Origin: Spirochaetia bacterium | GTDB lineage: Bacteria > Spirochaetota > Spirochaetia > SP-2023 | Direction: 5' to 3' | Assembly (NCBI GenBank): GCA_965225855.1 | Contig: CBDDCK010000005.1 | Span: forward strand, 1,824,001-1,888,000 | DNA length: 64,000 nt | Shown: positions 9,602 through 19,866 of the stretch, in pieces | Layout: each line of letters opens with the position of its first letter | Numbering within the stretch: the first letter of the stretch is position 1 | Made by a program: the position numbers and the translations under genes | The notes under the pieces: generated by a model | The model's database searches: none | What the model saw: only the letters and a program-made list of their open reading frames with translations | What the model was told of the DNA's origin: nothing

Positions 9602-11131
9602 ATGAATACTTTATACTTTTTTCTGTTTCCCGTTATTGGTTTTATTTTAGGTTGGTTAACCAGGTTAGTTGTTGCCCGTGCGAATGCGGGTTCTATTGAG
9701 GGCACAGCACAAAATATGCTTCAAGAGGCAGAGCTAGAAGTTTCTAAACTCAAAGAAAATCGGTTGTTGGAAGTAGAACAACAGGTTTTAAAAGAGCAGA
9801 AGCGTATTGAAAAGCTTGCGGAAAATCGCAATCGCGATTTTCAAAAGCGAGAAAATCGCTTGGAGAAAAAAGAGGACAGCCTCGATCGCAAGCTTGAACA
9901 AGCGCAAATGCTAGAAAATCAATTGAATAAAACTAAAGAACGGCTTGTTGCAGAAGAACAGGGAATTGAAAATTTAAAAGCTGAATTGTTCGGTAAGCTG
10001 GAAAATGTTGCGGGTATTAACCGCGAAGAAGCAAAACGTCAGATTGTTGAAGCTATGGAAAAAGAGGCCCACTTAATTGCTTATGAACGTTTGCAAATTA
10101 TTGAAGAAGAGGCGCGTGAAAATGCAGAACTACGAGTGCGCGATATTTTGATAACCACCATACAGCGTATTGGCACCGATGTTGCTGCCGAGCATTCGAT
10201 CGCTACAATTTCTTTACCTAGTGAGGAAATGAAAGGGCGTATTATAGGCAAAGAAGGGCGAAATATTCGTTCGTTGGAAACGCTTACTGGGGTTGATATT
10301 ATTATTGACGATACCCCAGAAGCTGTGGTTATTTCTTGTTTTGACCCAGTTCGCCGCGCGATTGCAAAAATGACGCTTGAACGTTTGCTTCAAGATGGCC
10401 GGATACATCCCGTGCGTATTGAAGAGACAGTGAATAAAGTCAGTAAAGAATTGAATCAGTTGATGCGCAAGGAGGCGGAAAAAGTCCTTTACGAGTTGAA
10501 CATCCATAACATGAAACCAGAAGGGGTTCGCGCTTTAGGCCGTTTATATTTTCGTACGAGTTACGGCCAAAATATTTTGCATCATTCTTGTGAAGTGGCC
10601 AAAATTGCCGGAATGTTGGGGGCCGAGCTGGGTTTGGATGCGGAAATTTGCAAACGCGGGGGCTTGATGCATGATATAGGTAAAGGGTTGGTTGATAATC
10701 CAGAACTCGATCATGCTCACGCTGGGGAAGAATTGGCAAAACGTTTGAATGAACATGAATTGGTTCTTGAAGCTATTGTAAACCATCATAGTGATGCCGA
10801 TCATTACCACCCTGAATTGGTTGTCGTAAAACTCGCCGATGCACTTTCTGCTGCTCGGCCCGGGGCGCGTAGAGAATCCGTGGAAAATTATATCAAGCGT
10901 TTGGATAATTTGGAAAAAATTGCGCTCAGTTACGGTGGCGTGGATAAAGTGTATGCGGTTCAGGCGGGCCGTGAATTGCGGGTTATAGTCAACCATGATA
11001 GTGTCTCTGATATGGAAGCTAAAGCATTGGCCAAGACGATTGTCCAGCGTATTGAGGCAGAAATGCAATATCCTGGCCATATACGGGTAACTATTATTCG
11101 TGAAACTAGGGCTATTGAGTACGCTAAATAA
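9602..11131 (+). CDS. rny: Ribonuclease Y
   Basis: N-terminal TM, coiled coil, KH domain (MKGRIIGKEGRNIR), HD domain (HDIGK), SAARPGARRE. Confidence 0.97.
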   Translation: MNTLYFFLFPVIGFILGWLTRLVVARANAGSIEGTAQNMLQEAELEVSKLKENRLLEVEQQVLKEQKRIEKLAENRNRDFQKRENRLEKKEDSLDRKLEQAQMLENQLNKTKERLVAEEQGIENLKAELFGKLENVAGINREEAKRQIVEAMEKEAHLIAYERLQIIEEEARENAELRVRDILITTIQRIGTDVAAEHSIATISLPSEEMKGRIIGKEGRNIRSLETLTGVDIIIDDTPEAVVISCFDPVRRAIAKMTLERLLQDGRIHPVRIEETVNKVSKELNQLMRKEAEKVLYELNIHNMKPEGVRALGRLYFRTSYGQNILHHSCEVAKIAGMLGAELGLDAEICKRGGLMHDIGKGLVDNPELDHAHAGEELAKRLNEHELVLEAIVNHHSDADHYHPELVVVKLADALSAARPGARRESVENYIKRLDNLEKIALSYGGVDKVYAVQAGRELRVIVNHDSVSDMEAKALAKTIVQRIEAEMQYPGHIRVTIIRETRAIEYAK

Positions 11132-11156
11132 TTTTATAGCTTGTAATAAGGTGCAT

Positions 11157-11186
11157 AAAAAAGAGGAAGCTTGCTTCCTCTTTTTT
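11157..11186 (+). terminator. Intrinsic (probably bidirectional) terminator after rny
   Basis: AAAAAAGAGGAAGC-TT-GCTTCCTCTTTTTT. Confidence 0.85.
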
Positions 11187-11353
11187 ACAGCACGTAATGG
11201 ATTTGCTATTTTTTGTTGTTGAAAAGCCTGTAAAATTCCGATACGCTTAGCTTATTTTATCGGCCCATTTGGGGCTTTGATATTTCTAAAGCGATTTTAA
11301 AACAGATGTTATGGTTATTTATCTATAATTGTTGTATTAAATAAGGAGTCTTT

Positions 11354-12085
11354 ATGGCGCAGCAGATGGGCATTTTTGGCAAGGTTGTGCAAGAAGGCTC
11401 ACAAAAATTAAAAGAATATAGCCAAGGTTTACATGGCTTATTCGAGATAACCGAGCCAAAAGCAGGGCAAAAAACGCGTGCCAAAATACTGCGCAGTTCA
11501 CTGGAATTGATTGCCCAAAAGCATACAACGGATATTTCTGTGCGAGAAATAGCTCAACATGCTAGCGTAAATTTGGCTTCGCTCAACTACCATTTTCGCA
11601 GTAAAGATCGAATGTTAGAGGAATTATTTAAACAAGTTGTCAAAGGATTTGATCGTTTGTTCTTTTTGTTGGAATCTAAAACCTTGAGCCCCGAGCATTG
11701 CCTTATACGCTGGGCCGATCGTTTTATGCGTTACTTATTACTGTATCCCGGGGCTTTAATTATTGTGCGTGATAGTTACAAATGGAAGGGAATTACCGAG
11801 CAAGTTGGAACTGCTTTGGAGCGTTTACAAAAACGCTTAGACCCATTATTGATACAGCTTTGTGAAAAAAATGGTTTAGTAGAGAAAATGAGCGAAGAGG
11901 AACTAGGTTTGCGGCGTTCTATTTTGCTAGGTAGCCTGCTACGACCTATATATCCGCTCACCCCGGCTTTTGATTTACATGCGCGTTTGCGCTTAGAAAA
12001 ATTTCGCAAAATCTACATTGTGCAAATTGTTCGTCAGCAAAAAACTAGCTTAATGGATATACCGTGTGAAAATTTGTTGTTCTAG
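11354..12085 (+). CDS. TetR/AcrR family transcriptional regulator
   Basis: HTH ISVREIAQHASVNLASLNYHFRSKD; RBS AAGGAG. Confidence 0.9.
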   Translation: MAQQMGIFGKVVQEGSQKLKEYSQGLHGLFEITEPKAGQKTRAKILRSSLELIAQKHTTDISVREIAQHASVNLASLNYHFRSKDRMLEELFKQVVKGFDRLFFLLESKTLSPEHCLIRWADRFMRYLLLYPGALIIVRDSYKWKGITEQVGTALERLQKRLDPLLIQLCEKNGLVEKMSEEELGLRRSILLGSLLRPIYPLTPAFDLHARLRLEKFRKIYIVQIVRQQKTSLMDIPCENLLF

Positions 12086-12111
12086 TTTAAATAGGGTAGG
12101 GAACCTTGAAA

Positions 12112-13626
12112 ATGTTAGAAAATAAAAAGATGAGAATAACACTACAATCTATTTGGTTTTTTATAGGTTTTATTTGTGTTTTATGGATAAATAAAAGTAT
12201 TCTTGCACAAGAAAATACACAACAAAGTAGTTCTGCTGGCATGCAGCAAGAGGCCCGTGAAGAGGCGGCACGCAAAGATAAACAAATTAAACAGGTAATT
12301 AGTTTTGGGATTGATTCGGATTTGGTAACTGCAATCCAGAATTTGAGTAGGGAAACACCTCGCTTAGCTAGCGATGATGGTGAAAATATTACTTGGATTA
12401 AAGAGACTCCGTATAATACAAAAATTTATGAGCGAATTAAGAAAGGCTATAGCAGTAGCGAACTACAGACAAAAGCTCTGCGTTTTTTTATGCAGCAAAA
12501 ATGGTTAAATGCGGAAGAGTACGTAAAAAATCTTATTGAACGCAGTGTCGATGAAGGGCAAATTGATAATAATTTATTGCTAGCAGCTTTGGCTTATGTG
12601 CGCAATTTAAAGCTGAAAAGCAGTGAAGCAGGGGTTTTGGGATTATTGGCTAGTGAGAATCCTCAAATTGTGGAACGCAGTTTGATTACTCTGGGCAAGA
12701 TTGGCAGTAATATTAGTGCTGCTGAAATTTTAAGACTGCTCAAAGATGAGGAGAATAGTTTTTCCGAGTTTAGCGATGAAGGGGAGAGGGAAGTTTTGCG
12801 GGTGGCTGGAATTTCTGCTCTGGGGGACTTGGCATATACCGATGCGACAAAATATTTACTGAAAATATTAGAAGATAGCAAAAATGATGATAGGGAATAT
12901 AACAATGCGGAATGGGGTGCAGCGGCGAAAGCTCTTGGCAAAATGAATCAAGCAGAAGCTGTGGTTTTTATTTTGGAACGATTCCGCAATGGCAATACCC
13001 AGGAACGCTACCAAGCCATTATGGCTTTGAGCTCTTTTCCATTGCAAGCGGATTTTGAAAATATTATTTTGCAAGGTTTGCAGGAAGCTTATTGGAAAAC
13101 GCGAGAAGAAGCTGCGAAAACAGCAGGCAAGCAAAAGCTCCAATCGGCAATACCGAGTCTAGCTTATAAAGTGGCAAAGGATAGTGTGGTAGGAGTGCGC
13201 CGTGCGGCCATTCAAGCCCTTAGGAAAATGGGAGCTGCGGGTAACAGTGCATTGAGCCAATTGATGCAAGACCCAGATGTGGGGGAAAATCAGCGTTTAG
13301 ATGTTTTGAGAGTTTTAACGAAAGCTAGAGATGAAAGTGCTGTGCGGATTTTCCGCCAATTATTAAATGGTCAGACCAACGATTTTGGCTTATCGCGTAT
13401 GGGAATTTTTCGAGTGGCAAGTAATGATCCGTGGGCCGATTTAGATTTTGTCTATAAAGAAATGCTCTCCGACCGAGATCATAAAACCCAGCAAAGGGCT
13501 TTGTATTCAATCAGTCGGGAGCGCATTAAAAGTTTACAAAATGTGGTAGCAGCTTTGGCTGAAAATTCTCCGAACTCAATTGTTCGGCGTGCAGCCAAGG
13601 CTGCGTTAGCTAATTTAAATTCATAG
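12112..13626 (+). CDS. Exported HEAT-repeat protein (start uncertain: 12106/12112/12130)
   Basis: Signal-like N-terminus; repeated LGxIG / AAAKALGK / VRRAAIQAL helical motifs. Confidence 0.8.
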   Translation: MLENKKMRITLQSIWFFIGFICVLWINKSILAQENTQQSSSAGMQQEAREEAARKDKQIKQVISFGIDSDLVTAIQNLSRETPRLASDDGENITWIKETPYNTKIYERIKKGYSSSELQTKALRFFMQQKWLNAEEYVKNLIERSVDEGQIDNNLLLAALAYVRNLKLKSSEAGVLGLLASENPQIVERSLITLGKIGSNISAAEILRLLKDEENSFSEFSDEGEREVLRVAGISALGDLAYTDATKYLLKILEDSKNDDREYNNAEWGAAAKALGKMNQAEAVVFILERFRNGNTQERYQAIMALSSFPLQADFENIILQGLQEAYWKTREEAAKTAGKQKLQSAIPSLAYKVAKDSVVGVRRAAIQALRKMGAAGNSALSQLMQDPDVGENQRLDVLRVLTKARDESAVRIFRQLLNGQTNDFGLSRMGIFRVASNDPWADLDFVYKEMLSDRDHKTQQRALYSISRERIKSLQNVVAALAENSPNSIVRRAAKAALANLNS

Positions 13627-13650
13627 AAGATTTTTTATACTTATTTACTT

Positions 13651-14652
13651 ATGGCAAAAATCAATTGGTTCCCCGGCCATATGAACAAGGCCCTAGGCCA
13701 ATTAAAAGAAACTCTGAATCAAGCCGACTTTGTGGTTGAGTTGCGTGATGCTCGCGCTCCGCTGGCATCTGCAAACCCTTTGCTCTATGAGTTAGTAGGA
13801 CAAAAGCCACGCTTAATTGTATTAAATAAGTCTGACTTGGCCGATCCCAAGCAAAGTGAGAATTGGCAAAAATATTTTTCCAGCCAGAATTGCTGCTTGG
13901 TGGTTCGTTTGTCATTTTCTAAAAATTTGCAAAAAGATAAACAGGAGTTATTGAGGGCTTTACAAAGCAATTTCGGCGGCTCAAAAAAGAAAGGTCCCAA
14001 GGGAGCTCAATGGAGCCGTGCTTTGCGTGGCTTGGTGATTGGCATACCGAATGTCGGTAAATCTACTTTCATTAATTCTTTAGTGGGTAAGCAAAAACTA
14101 AAAGTGGAAGACCGTGCTGGGGTAACTAAGCAAGTTCGGCTACTACAACTGAATGAACATTATAGTTTATTTGACAGCCCCGGTATGTTGTGGCCCAATT
14201 TAGACGATCAGTATGCGGCTGCGCGTTTAACATTGCTGGGTTCGCTGAAAGACCAAGTGGTGGAAGAACAGCAGCTATTGTGTTTTTTGCTCCAAGAGCT
14301 AGAAATTTTGTACCCCCAATTGCTGGAACAACACTATGCTTTGCCAGTGAATCAGCCACCGGCAAATTCACCTTTTGCCACGTTCCGCAGTTCACTGAAT
14401 AGTTTGGAAATTGCCCAAACTGTAGCTAACGGCAATCAAGAACAACTAGGCTCTGAAAACGGCGGCCCACCTTTATTGCATCCCACTTTGGATTTTTTAG
14501 CTTTGTTTGCAGCACTGGATAGCTTAGGGCAACGGCTACAATTTTTAGAAAAGGGTGGCAAAATTGACTACTGCCGTTTACTTAGCCGTTTGTTACGCGA
14601 CTTTCAAAAAGGGAGGCTGGGGTGTTTGAGTTTGGAACATGCACCGGTTTGA
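13651..14652 (+). CDS. rbgA: Ribosome biogenesis GTPase RbgA/YlqF
   Basis: INWFPGHM, DARAP, NKSDL, GIPNVGKS, DSPG. Confidence 0.95.
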   Translation: MAKINWFPGHMNKALGQLKETLNQADFVVELRDARAPLASANPLLYELVGQKPRLIVLNKSDLADPKQSENWQKYFSSQNCCLVVRLSFSKNLQKDKQELLRALQSNFGGSKKKGPKGAQWSRALRGLVIGIPNVGKSTFINSLVGKQKLKVEDRAGVTKQVRLLQLNEHYSLFDSPGMLWPNLDDQYAAARLTLLGSLKDQVVEEQQLLCFLLQELEILYPQLLEQHYALPVNQPPANSPFATFRSSLNSLEIAQTVANGNQEQLGSENGGPPLLHPTLDFLALFAALDSLGQRLQFLEKGGKIDYCRLLSRLLRDFQKGRLGCLSLEHAPV

Positions 14653-15484
14653 AAGGTTGCAAAATCCATTGTGTTTGCGATTGTTTTTGGTCGATAAAGT
14701 TTGATATTCGGCAGGGCTTTACAAGCGGCTTTTTGGTGGATAATTTTTCACTATAGAGTTTTTGGCATATCTCTAAGAGTTTTTCTATGTCTTGATTGGC
14801 TAGTAAGCCAAAAGCAGGGTGGTAGGCTAAGCCTTTGGTTTTTAATTCTGGCCGCAACCAACCTTTGAGGAAATAGGCTAACTGATTGGGGCGGAGCACG
14901 GCTAGTAATTGTTTGAATATGGTTAGATGCTCTGTGATGTTTTGCTCTAGCACTTGGGCAAAACGGATTTGTGGGAACATGCTGCAAAAGCTCTCTGGTA
15001 AATTTCTGGTAAACGGCTGGTCTTCTGGTTTTTGTGAGATTTCGGGATTCCATAAAATTACGCTGCAGTGACTTGCAGAATTATTTTGTAATAATCTTGA
15101 GCATTCTTGTTTTAGCCTAGCACAAAGGTCTTTCTCCATTGTTTGAGAAACACTTATTGGTTTCATTGGAGTAAAATACGATTTGGGTAAATAGAATAGA
15201 TTGACTGAATTGGTTTGTGATATGGTCTCAAGGTTTATTGCTTGGTTGGGTTTGACAAACTGTAGAGTACCACCACGGTAGGTTTGATTACCTTGGTTGG
15301 GTAGTTGGCTGAATGCTTGGCGTAGCTTTAAGCATAATTCAATTGGTTTTAACGTTTGATGGTGGCTAGTAAATATCAGCGATGTATACTTTGGGTTTTG
15401 TGGCTGCATACAATTTGCCGTGATAAAATGGGCTATTTGGCTAAATATAGACAGTGGGTAAAAAGGTTTGGCAGGGTGTTTCAT
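14582..15484 (-). CDS. Hypothetical protein
   Basis: ~300-codon open frame filling the gap between rbgA and the glyA promoter; no motif recognised. Confidence 0.55.
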   Translation of the reverse strand: MKHPAKPFYPLSIFSQIAHFITANCMQPQNPKYTSLIFTSHHQTLKPIELCLKLRQAFSQLPNQGNQTYRGGTLQFVKPNQAINLETISQTNSVNLFYLPKSYFTPMKPISVSQTMEKDLCARLKQECSRLLQNNSASHCSVILWNPEISQKPEDQPFTRNLPESFCSMFPQIRFAQVLEQNITEHLTIFKQLLAVLRPNQLAYFLKGWLRPELKTKGLAYHPAFGLLANQDIEKLLEICQKLYSEKLSTKKPLVKPCRISNFIDQKQSQTQWILQPFKPVHVPNSNTPASLFESRVTNG

Positions 15485-15591
15485 ACTAAATTTCAATAGG
15501 AACCTATTTGGGGTTTATGCCATGAAATGTTTATGTTTTTGAAAGTATTTTGGCAAAAAGTTTGCTAGCTTTAAATCAAAGCCACGTTAAA

Positions 15592-15737
15592 TCTAAATCC
15601 AAGTCATTGTCAATTGGATTTTTTCAATCCTGCTATAATACAAATCGCTTTTCTATCTGCATCTCTAAATCCAAGTCATTGCCAATTGGATTTTTTTTCA
15701 ATCCTGCTATAATACAAATCGCTTTTCTATCTGCATC
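15592..15737 (+). repeat. Tandem duplication (72 + 74 bp) containing the putative glyA promoter
   Basis: Units 15592-15663 and 15664-15737 differ by one substitution and T6 vs T8; each has an extended -10 TGCTATAAT. Confidence 0.9.
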
Positions 15738-15826
15738 GAAATTTGTTTGCAAGTAGATTTGCGTTGTTTCCCCTCAATATCTTTGTATTTCAGGCTCAAC
15801 TGTAGCCTCTATCATAGGAGTTTTGT

Positions 15827-17332
15827 ATGCCTAATGGTTTATTAGAACAATATCTGCAAAAAGGAAACATCAATCGTGCGTGTGTAGCCTATCTAGCGCA
15901 GCTTGATTTGCTGGCTGAAGCCAACCCCAAACTGGCCCGTTCTGTGGTTGCCGAATTAAACGATCAGAGCAAGTCGCTCAAAATGATTGCCAGTGAAAAT
16001 TACAGTTCGCTCACGACCCAGCTTAGTATGGGGAATTTATTGACAGACAAGTACTCCGAAGGTGTAGCTGGTGAGCGGTTTTATGCTGGCTGTGAACAAA
16101 TTGATGAGATTGAAACTCTTGCGCAACAAAAGGCTTGCGAGTTGTTTGGTGCCGAATATGCCTATGTTCAGCCTCATAGTGGTGCCGATGCCAATATGAT
16201 TGCCTTTTGGGCTATACTGCATCAACGGGTTGAGCAGCCTGCACTACACACGTTGCAAAAAAAGTCCCTGTATGATTTGACGCTTGTGGAGTGGAGCCAT
16301 TTGCGTGAACGTCTGGGCAACCAAAAATTACTGGGTATGGATTATTATTCGGGTGGGCACCTAACCCACGGCTACCGCTACAACGTATCGGGCCGTATGT
16401 TTGAATCCCATATGTATTCGGTAGATGCGCATAGTAAGCTTTTGGACTACGATGCTCTGGCCAAACAAGTAAAAGAATTAGAACCTCTTATTTTGTTGGC
16501 GGGTTATAGTTCTTATTCTCGCAAAATCAATTTTAAGGAGATGCGTGCAATAGCCGACAGTGTGGGTGCGGTGTTGATGGTCGATATGTCGCATTTTGCC
16601 GGTTTAGTCGCTGGTAAAGTTTTTACGGGGGATTTTGACCCAGTGCCCTTTGCTGATGTGGTTACAACAACAACCCACAAAACGTTGCGTGGACCCCGTG
16701 GTGGTTTAATCCTAGCTAAGCAGGAATTTGCCGAAGCTCTAAACAAAGGTTGTCCCTTGGTGATTGGCGGCCCCTTACCCCATATGATGGCTGCCAAAGC
16801 GGTTGCGTTTATGGAAGCGATGGAAATTCAATTCCAAACTTATGCTGCCAATGTAGTGAAGAATTCCCAAACCTTAGCTGAAAGCTTGATGGCTGAAGGT
16901 CTTACTGTGCTCACAGGAGGGACGGAGAATCATCTGCTTTTAGTTGATGTTACTAAGATCAATGGTTTAAATGGCAAACAGGCTGAAAATATTTTGCGTG
17001 ATTGTGGTATTACTTTGAATCGCAACTCGTTGCCGTTTGATGCAAATGGGCCTTGGTATACTAGCGGGTTGCGCTTGGGTACGGCTGCTTTGACTACTCG
17101 CGGTTTGGTTCCAGATGATATGCGCCAAATTGGTTGTGTTGTTGCTAAGTGCTTAAAGGCAACCACACCTAAGGTTTTAACCAGTGGTAAAAATGCCGGT
17201 AAGCCTTCTAAAGTTAAGTATGATATTGATGCAGCACTACAGCAACAAGCTCGGAAAACGGTAAAAGGCATTGTATCCCGCTACCCTTTATATCCAGAAT
17301 TGGATAGGGAATTGCTGTATAGTTTACTGTAA
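15827..17332 (+). CDS. glyA: Serine hydroxymethyltransferase (long form)
   Basis: IASENY, YSEG, QPHSGA, GGHLTHG, TTTTHKTLRGPRGG. Confidence 0.97.
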   Translation: MPNGLLEQYLQKGNINRACVAYLAQLDLLAEANPKLARSVVAELNDQSKSLKMIASENYSSLTTQLSMGNLLTDKYSEGVAGERFYAGCEQIDEIETLAQQKACELFGAEYAYVQPHSGADANMIAFWAILHQRVEQPALHTLQKKSLYDLTLVEWSHLRERLGNQKLLGMDYYSGGHLTHGYRYNVSGRMFESHMYSVDAHSKLLDYDALAKQVKELEPLILLAGYSSYSRKINFKEMRAIADSVGAVLMVDMSHFAGLVAGKVFTGDFDPVPFADVVTTTTHKTLRGPRGGLILAKQEFAEALNKGCPLVIGGPLPHMMAAKAVAFMEAMEIQFQTYAANVVKNSQTLAESLMAEGLTVLTGGTENHLLLVDVTKINGLNGKQAENILRDCGITLNRNSLPFDANGPWYTSGLRLGTAALTTRGLVPDDMRQIGCVVAKCLKATTPKVLTSGKNAGKPSKVKYDIDAALQQQARKTVKGIVSRYPLYPELDRELLYSLL

Positions 17333-17381
17333 TTGGCCCAATAAAATACCGAAGAACACTAAGAAAAGGCTTATTTGGCAT

Positions 17382-18572
17382 ATGAATACATCTTTTAGCT
17401 CTGTCAACGCTCTAGCTACATTGCTTTTGCTAATGGGGCTTCTTTTGTTTAATAATGGACTAGCGGCTTGGCAGTCTAGCCAGCAGGTTTACAGCAGATA
17501 CTTTCAAAATACGGAAGCTGCTGTGCAACGTAGTGCTTCATCTATTCAGCAAGAATACCGCCAGGTGATGATCCGTAATGCCTTGAATATCGCTTGTTCG
17601 CTTTTTTTGATTTGGCTTGGTTTGCAGGTGTTGTTCAAGAAACGCTGGGCTTGCCATTTCTTTTTTAGCGTCCGCCAAGTTGCCCAGTTTAGCTTGCTAT
17701 TTCTGCCTTTGGCTACTTTGTTGCTCTCATCAAACCGCCCATTGATGGATAGCCTGGCAGCTATCTATCAACCAATCGTTCAAGAGATTATCCAGCAGGA
17801 GTATGGCCAAGCTAGCAATAAATCACCTGTAGTTTTGGATAGTGAGGCCATGCGTATGGCCCTGCAAGTAGCGTTGTTTTTCTTAGCTTTTTTGGGTATG
17901 GGCATTGCTGGTTTGTTGCTGCGTTTGAGTAGCCGCTGCCTAGCGAAGGAAGTGCAAAAGGCTTTACTAGAGCATTCGCCTTACGCTGGCCGCTTTAGCC
18001 GTTTTATTTTGTGCTTGCCCATGAAGCTACTATTGGTTTTGCTACTTTCTGCTTATGGTATGGCTAAGCAGTTGTTAGAGATTCTTTCGGCAAGCTTGGT
18101 CAGTCTAGTAGAGCTGGAATTGTTAATGTTTCGTTTTGGGGCTTTTGTTTGTTTCGCTCTGGCTTTGTTGCAACTGACCAACCGCAATGTTCAGTACAGT
18201 GGCAACCCTTTATTGAAATTCCAGCTGCTGAAGAAGGCTTTGTTTTTTTGTGGTCTAGCTTATTGTATACAATTATTGCAACATAGCTTGGGTGTAGGCA
18301 GTGTTGAAGATGGGCTTACCACGCTTTCTACTCAAAGGAATTCTGCGTTGTTATTGGCCCAGTCGGCCATTAAAGGGGCTGTGTCTCAAATGCAAATCCT
18401 TAGTGATGTGTTGGTATTGTTGATGCTGGGCTTTCTTTATTATTTTCTGAAGCGGGCCATAAGTAATATTGTCCAAAGCTTGGAAGGCTTCCAAAGTCTT
18501 CAAGGTTGCCAAAGCTCTAGTACAGATTTAGAGCAAGCAGAGGGGCAAAAGCAACAAGATGATGAGACGTAA
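17382..18572 (+). CDS. Multi-pass membrane hypothetical protein
   Basis: Long ORF with many hydrophobic segments; ATG 17382 chosen over the overlapping TTG start. Confidence 0.7.
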   Translation: MNTSFSSVNALATLLLLMGLLLFNNGLAAWQSSQQVYSRYFQNTEAAVQRSASSIQQEYRQVMIRNALNIACSLFLIWLGLQVLFKKRWACHFFFSVRQVAQFSLLFLPLATLLLSSNRPLMDSLAAIYQPIVQEIIQQEYGQASNKSPVVLDSEAMRMALQVALFFLAFLGMGIAGLLLRLSSRCLAKEVQKALLEHSPYAGRFSRFILCLPMKLLLVLLLSAYGMAKQLLEILSASLVSLVELELLMFRFGAFVCFALALLQLTNRNVQYSGNPLLKFQLLKKALFFCGLAYCIQLLQHSLGVGSVEDGLTTLSTQRNSALLLAQSAIKGAVSQMQILSDVLVLLMLGFLYYFLKRAISNIVQSLEGFQSLQGCQSSSTDLEQAEGQKQQDDET

Positions 18573-18616
18573 ATCTAATTTTTGCTTTTATAGAAAAGAC
18601 AAAAAAAGTAGGGCTC

Positions 18617-19100
18617 TTGCCCACAGACTCACATCTATTTACCAGTGAAGGCAATAACACTCTACAAAACCGACTAAAAGATCATTTCAAAGACAATGCG
18701 ATCAAATATGTAGAGTTTCTGATCGGTTATTTTAGGATAAGTGGTTTTTATAAACTAGCTTCATTGATATATCCAAATCAACATTTTAGAATTTTAATAT
18801 CATTTTAACTAATGAAGTACTTGCTGAAGGAATAAAATTTACACCGAGCAAATGTAATCGTAAATTACGATTTACCATAAAACAAAATGATAAAGTAGAT
18901 TTGACAAAGTATAATCTATCTTCTGTAGATAAAAAAAGCAGTATTTTATTTAGAAGGTTTGAAAAAGCAACTAAAAAAAATAGGATATAAATCCATTTTG
19001 GAAAATACAAAAAATGAAATAGAAAAAAGCACACGAGTAAAGTTATCCTCAAAAATTAACAGTGCAATAAAAAATACCATAAAGAAGATATTGCCGATGT
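18617..19100 (+). pseudogene. Collapsed remnant of a PLD/SNF2-type helicase of the kind found beside type IIG R-M genes
   Basis: N-terminal HLFTSEGNNTLQNRLK...LIGYFRISGFYKL is joined almost directly to a frameshifted helicase-C motif (TNEVLAEGI/LHRANVIVNYDLP, ~18805-18878). Confidence 0.65.
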
Positions 19101-19124
19101 AGATAACTTCAAACGATTATGTGA

Positions 19125-19330
19125 AAAGGTCTTATTAGATTATTGACTCGTTTGGTGTTTTGTTGGTTTTTGAAAGAAAAAGACTTAATTCCAAAAGAAG
19201 TTTTTGACAAAGAAAAAATAAAAGAATTTTTAGATTTAGACAAAAATTCAAGCATTTATTATCAAGCCATATTACAAAACTTATTTTTTGGAACACTTAA
19301 TAAATCAATTAACGAGAGAGTTTAGAAAAG
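19125..19330 (+). pseudogene. Fragment of type IIG (Eco57I-like) restriction-modification enzyme
   Basis: IRLLTRLVFCWFLKEKDLIP...YYQAILQNLFFGTLN is characteristic of this family. Confidence 0.7.
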
Positions 19331-19580
19331 ATAAACAACATAACATGATACGGGACATGATAACTGAACGGGATAGGCGCGATAACTCGGGATTTTTTGG
19401 GACAAATGGGAAGGTAAAAATTGGCTTACTTTCTAAAATAAAAAAGTAAAAAAATTTTCATTGCACGAGAAAAAGCCAGAATCCATTTTTAACACCAAAC
19501 CAGAGCAAAAACGCTCAAAACTTCAAAAAGCCAAAGCGCCCCCAACAAACACCCCAACACCCAACCAAAAAACCACCCCC

Positions 19581-19737
19581 CCAATCCTTCACAACAAAAA
19601 CCAAACCATGCCCTAATTATGTACTTTTGAAAAGGAACAATTATGGACTAGGTCGGTCCATAGTTATCGACTTGCCTCGTCTATAGCTATGGATTGGTTG
19701 CTTTGATGGTTTATAGATTCAACTAATATTCAATGCA
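19581..19737 (+). repeat. Upstream element X, copy 1 (shared with 32230-32397)
   Basis: Near-identical ~160 bp including aattatggactaggtcggtccatagttatcgac. Confidence 0.9.
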
Positions 19738-19866
19738 AATGAATTGGCATGGATTTTTAACCCCCAACCAACACTAAAAAACAACACTAACACACAAAAA
19801 AAGTGCCCAAACATAAAAAAAGCACAAAAAAACTTACAAAAAGCTTACAAAAAGCTTGTATAGGCC

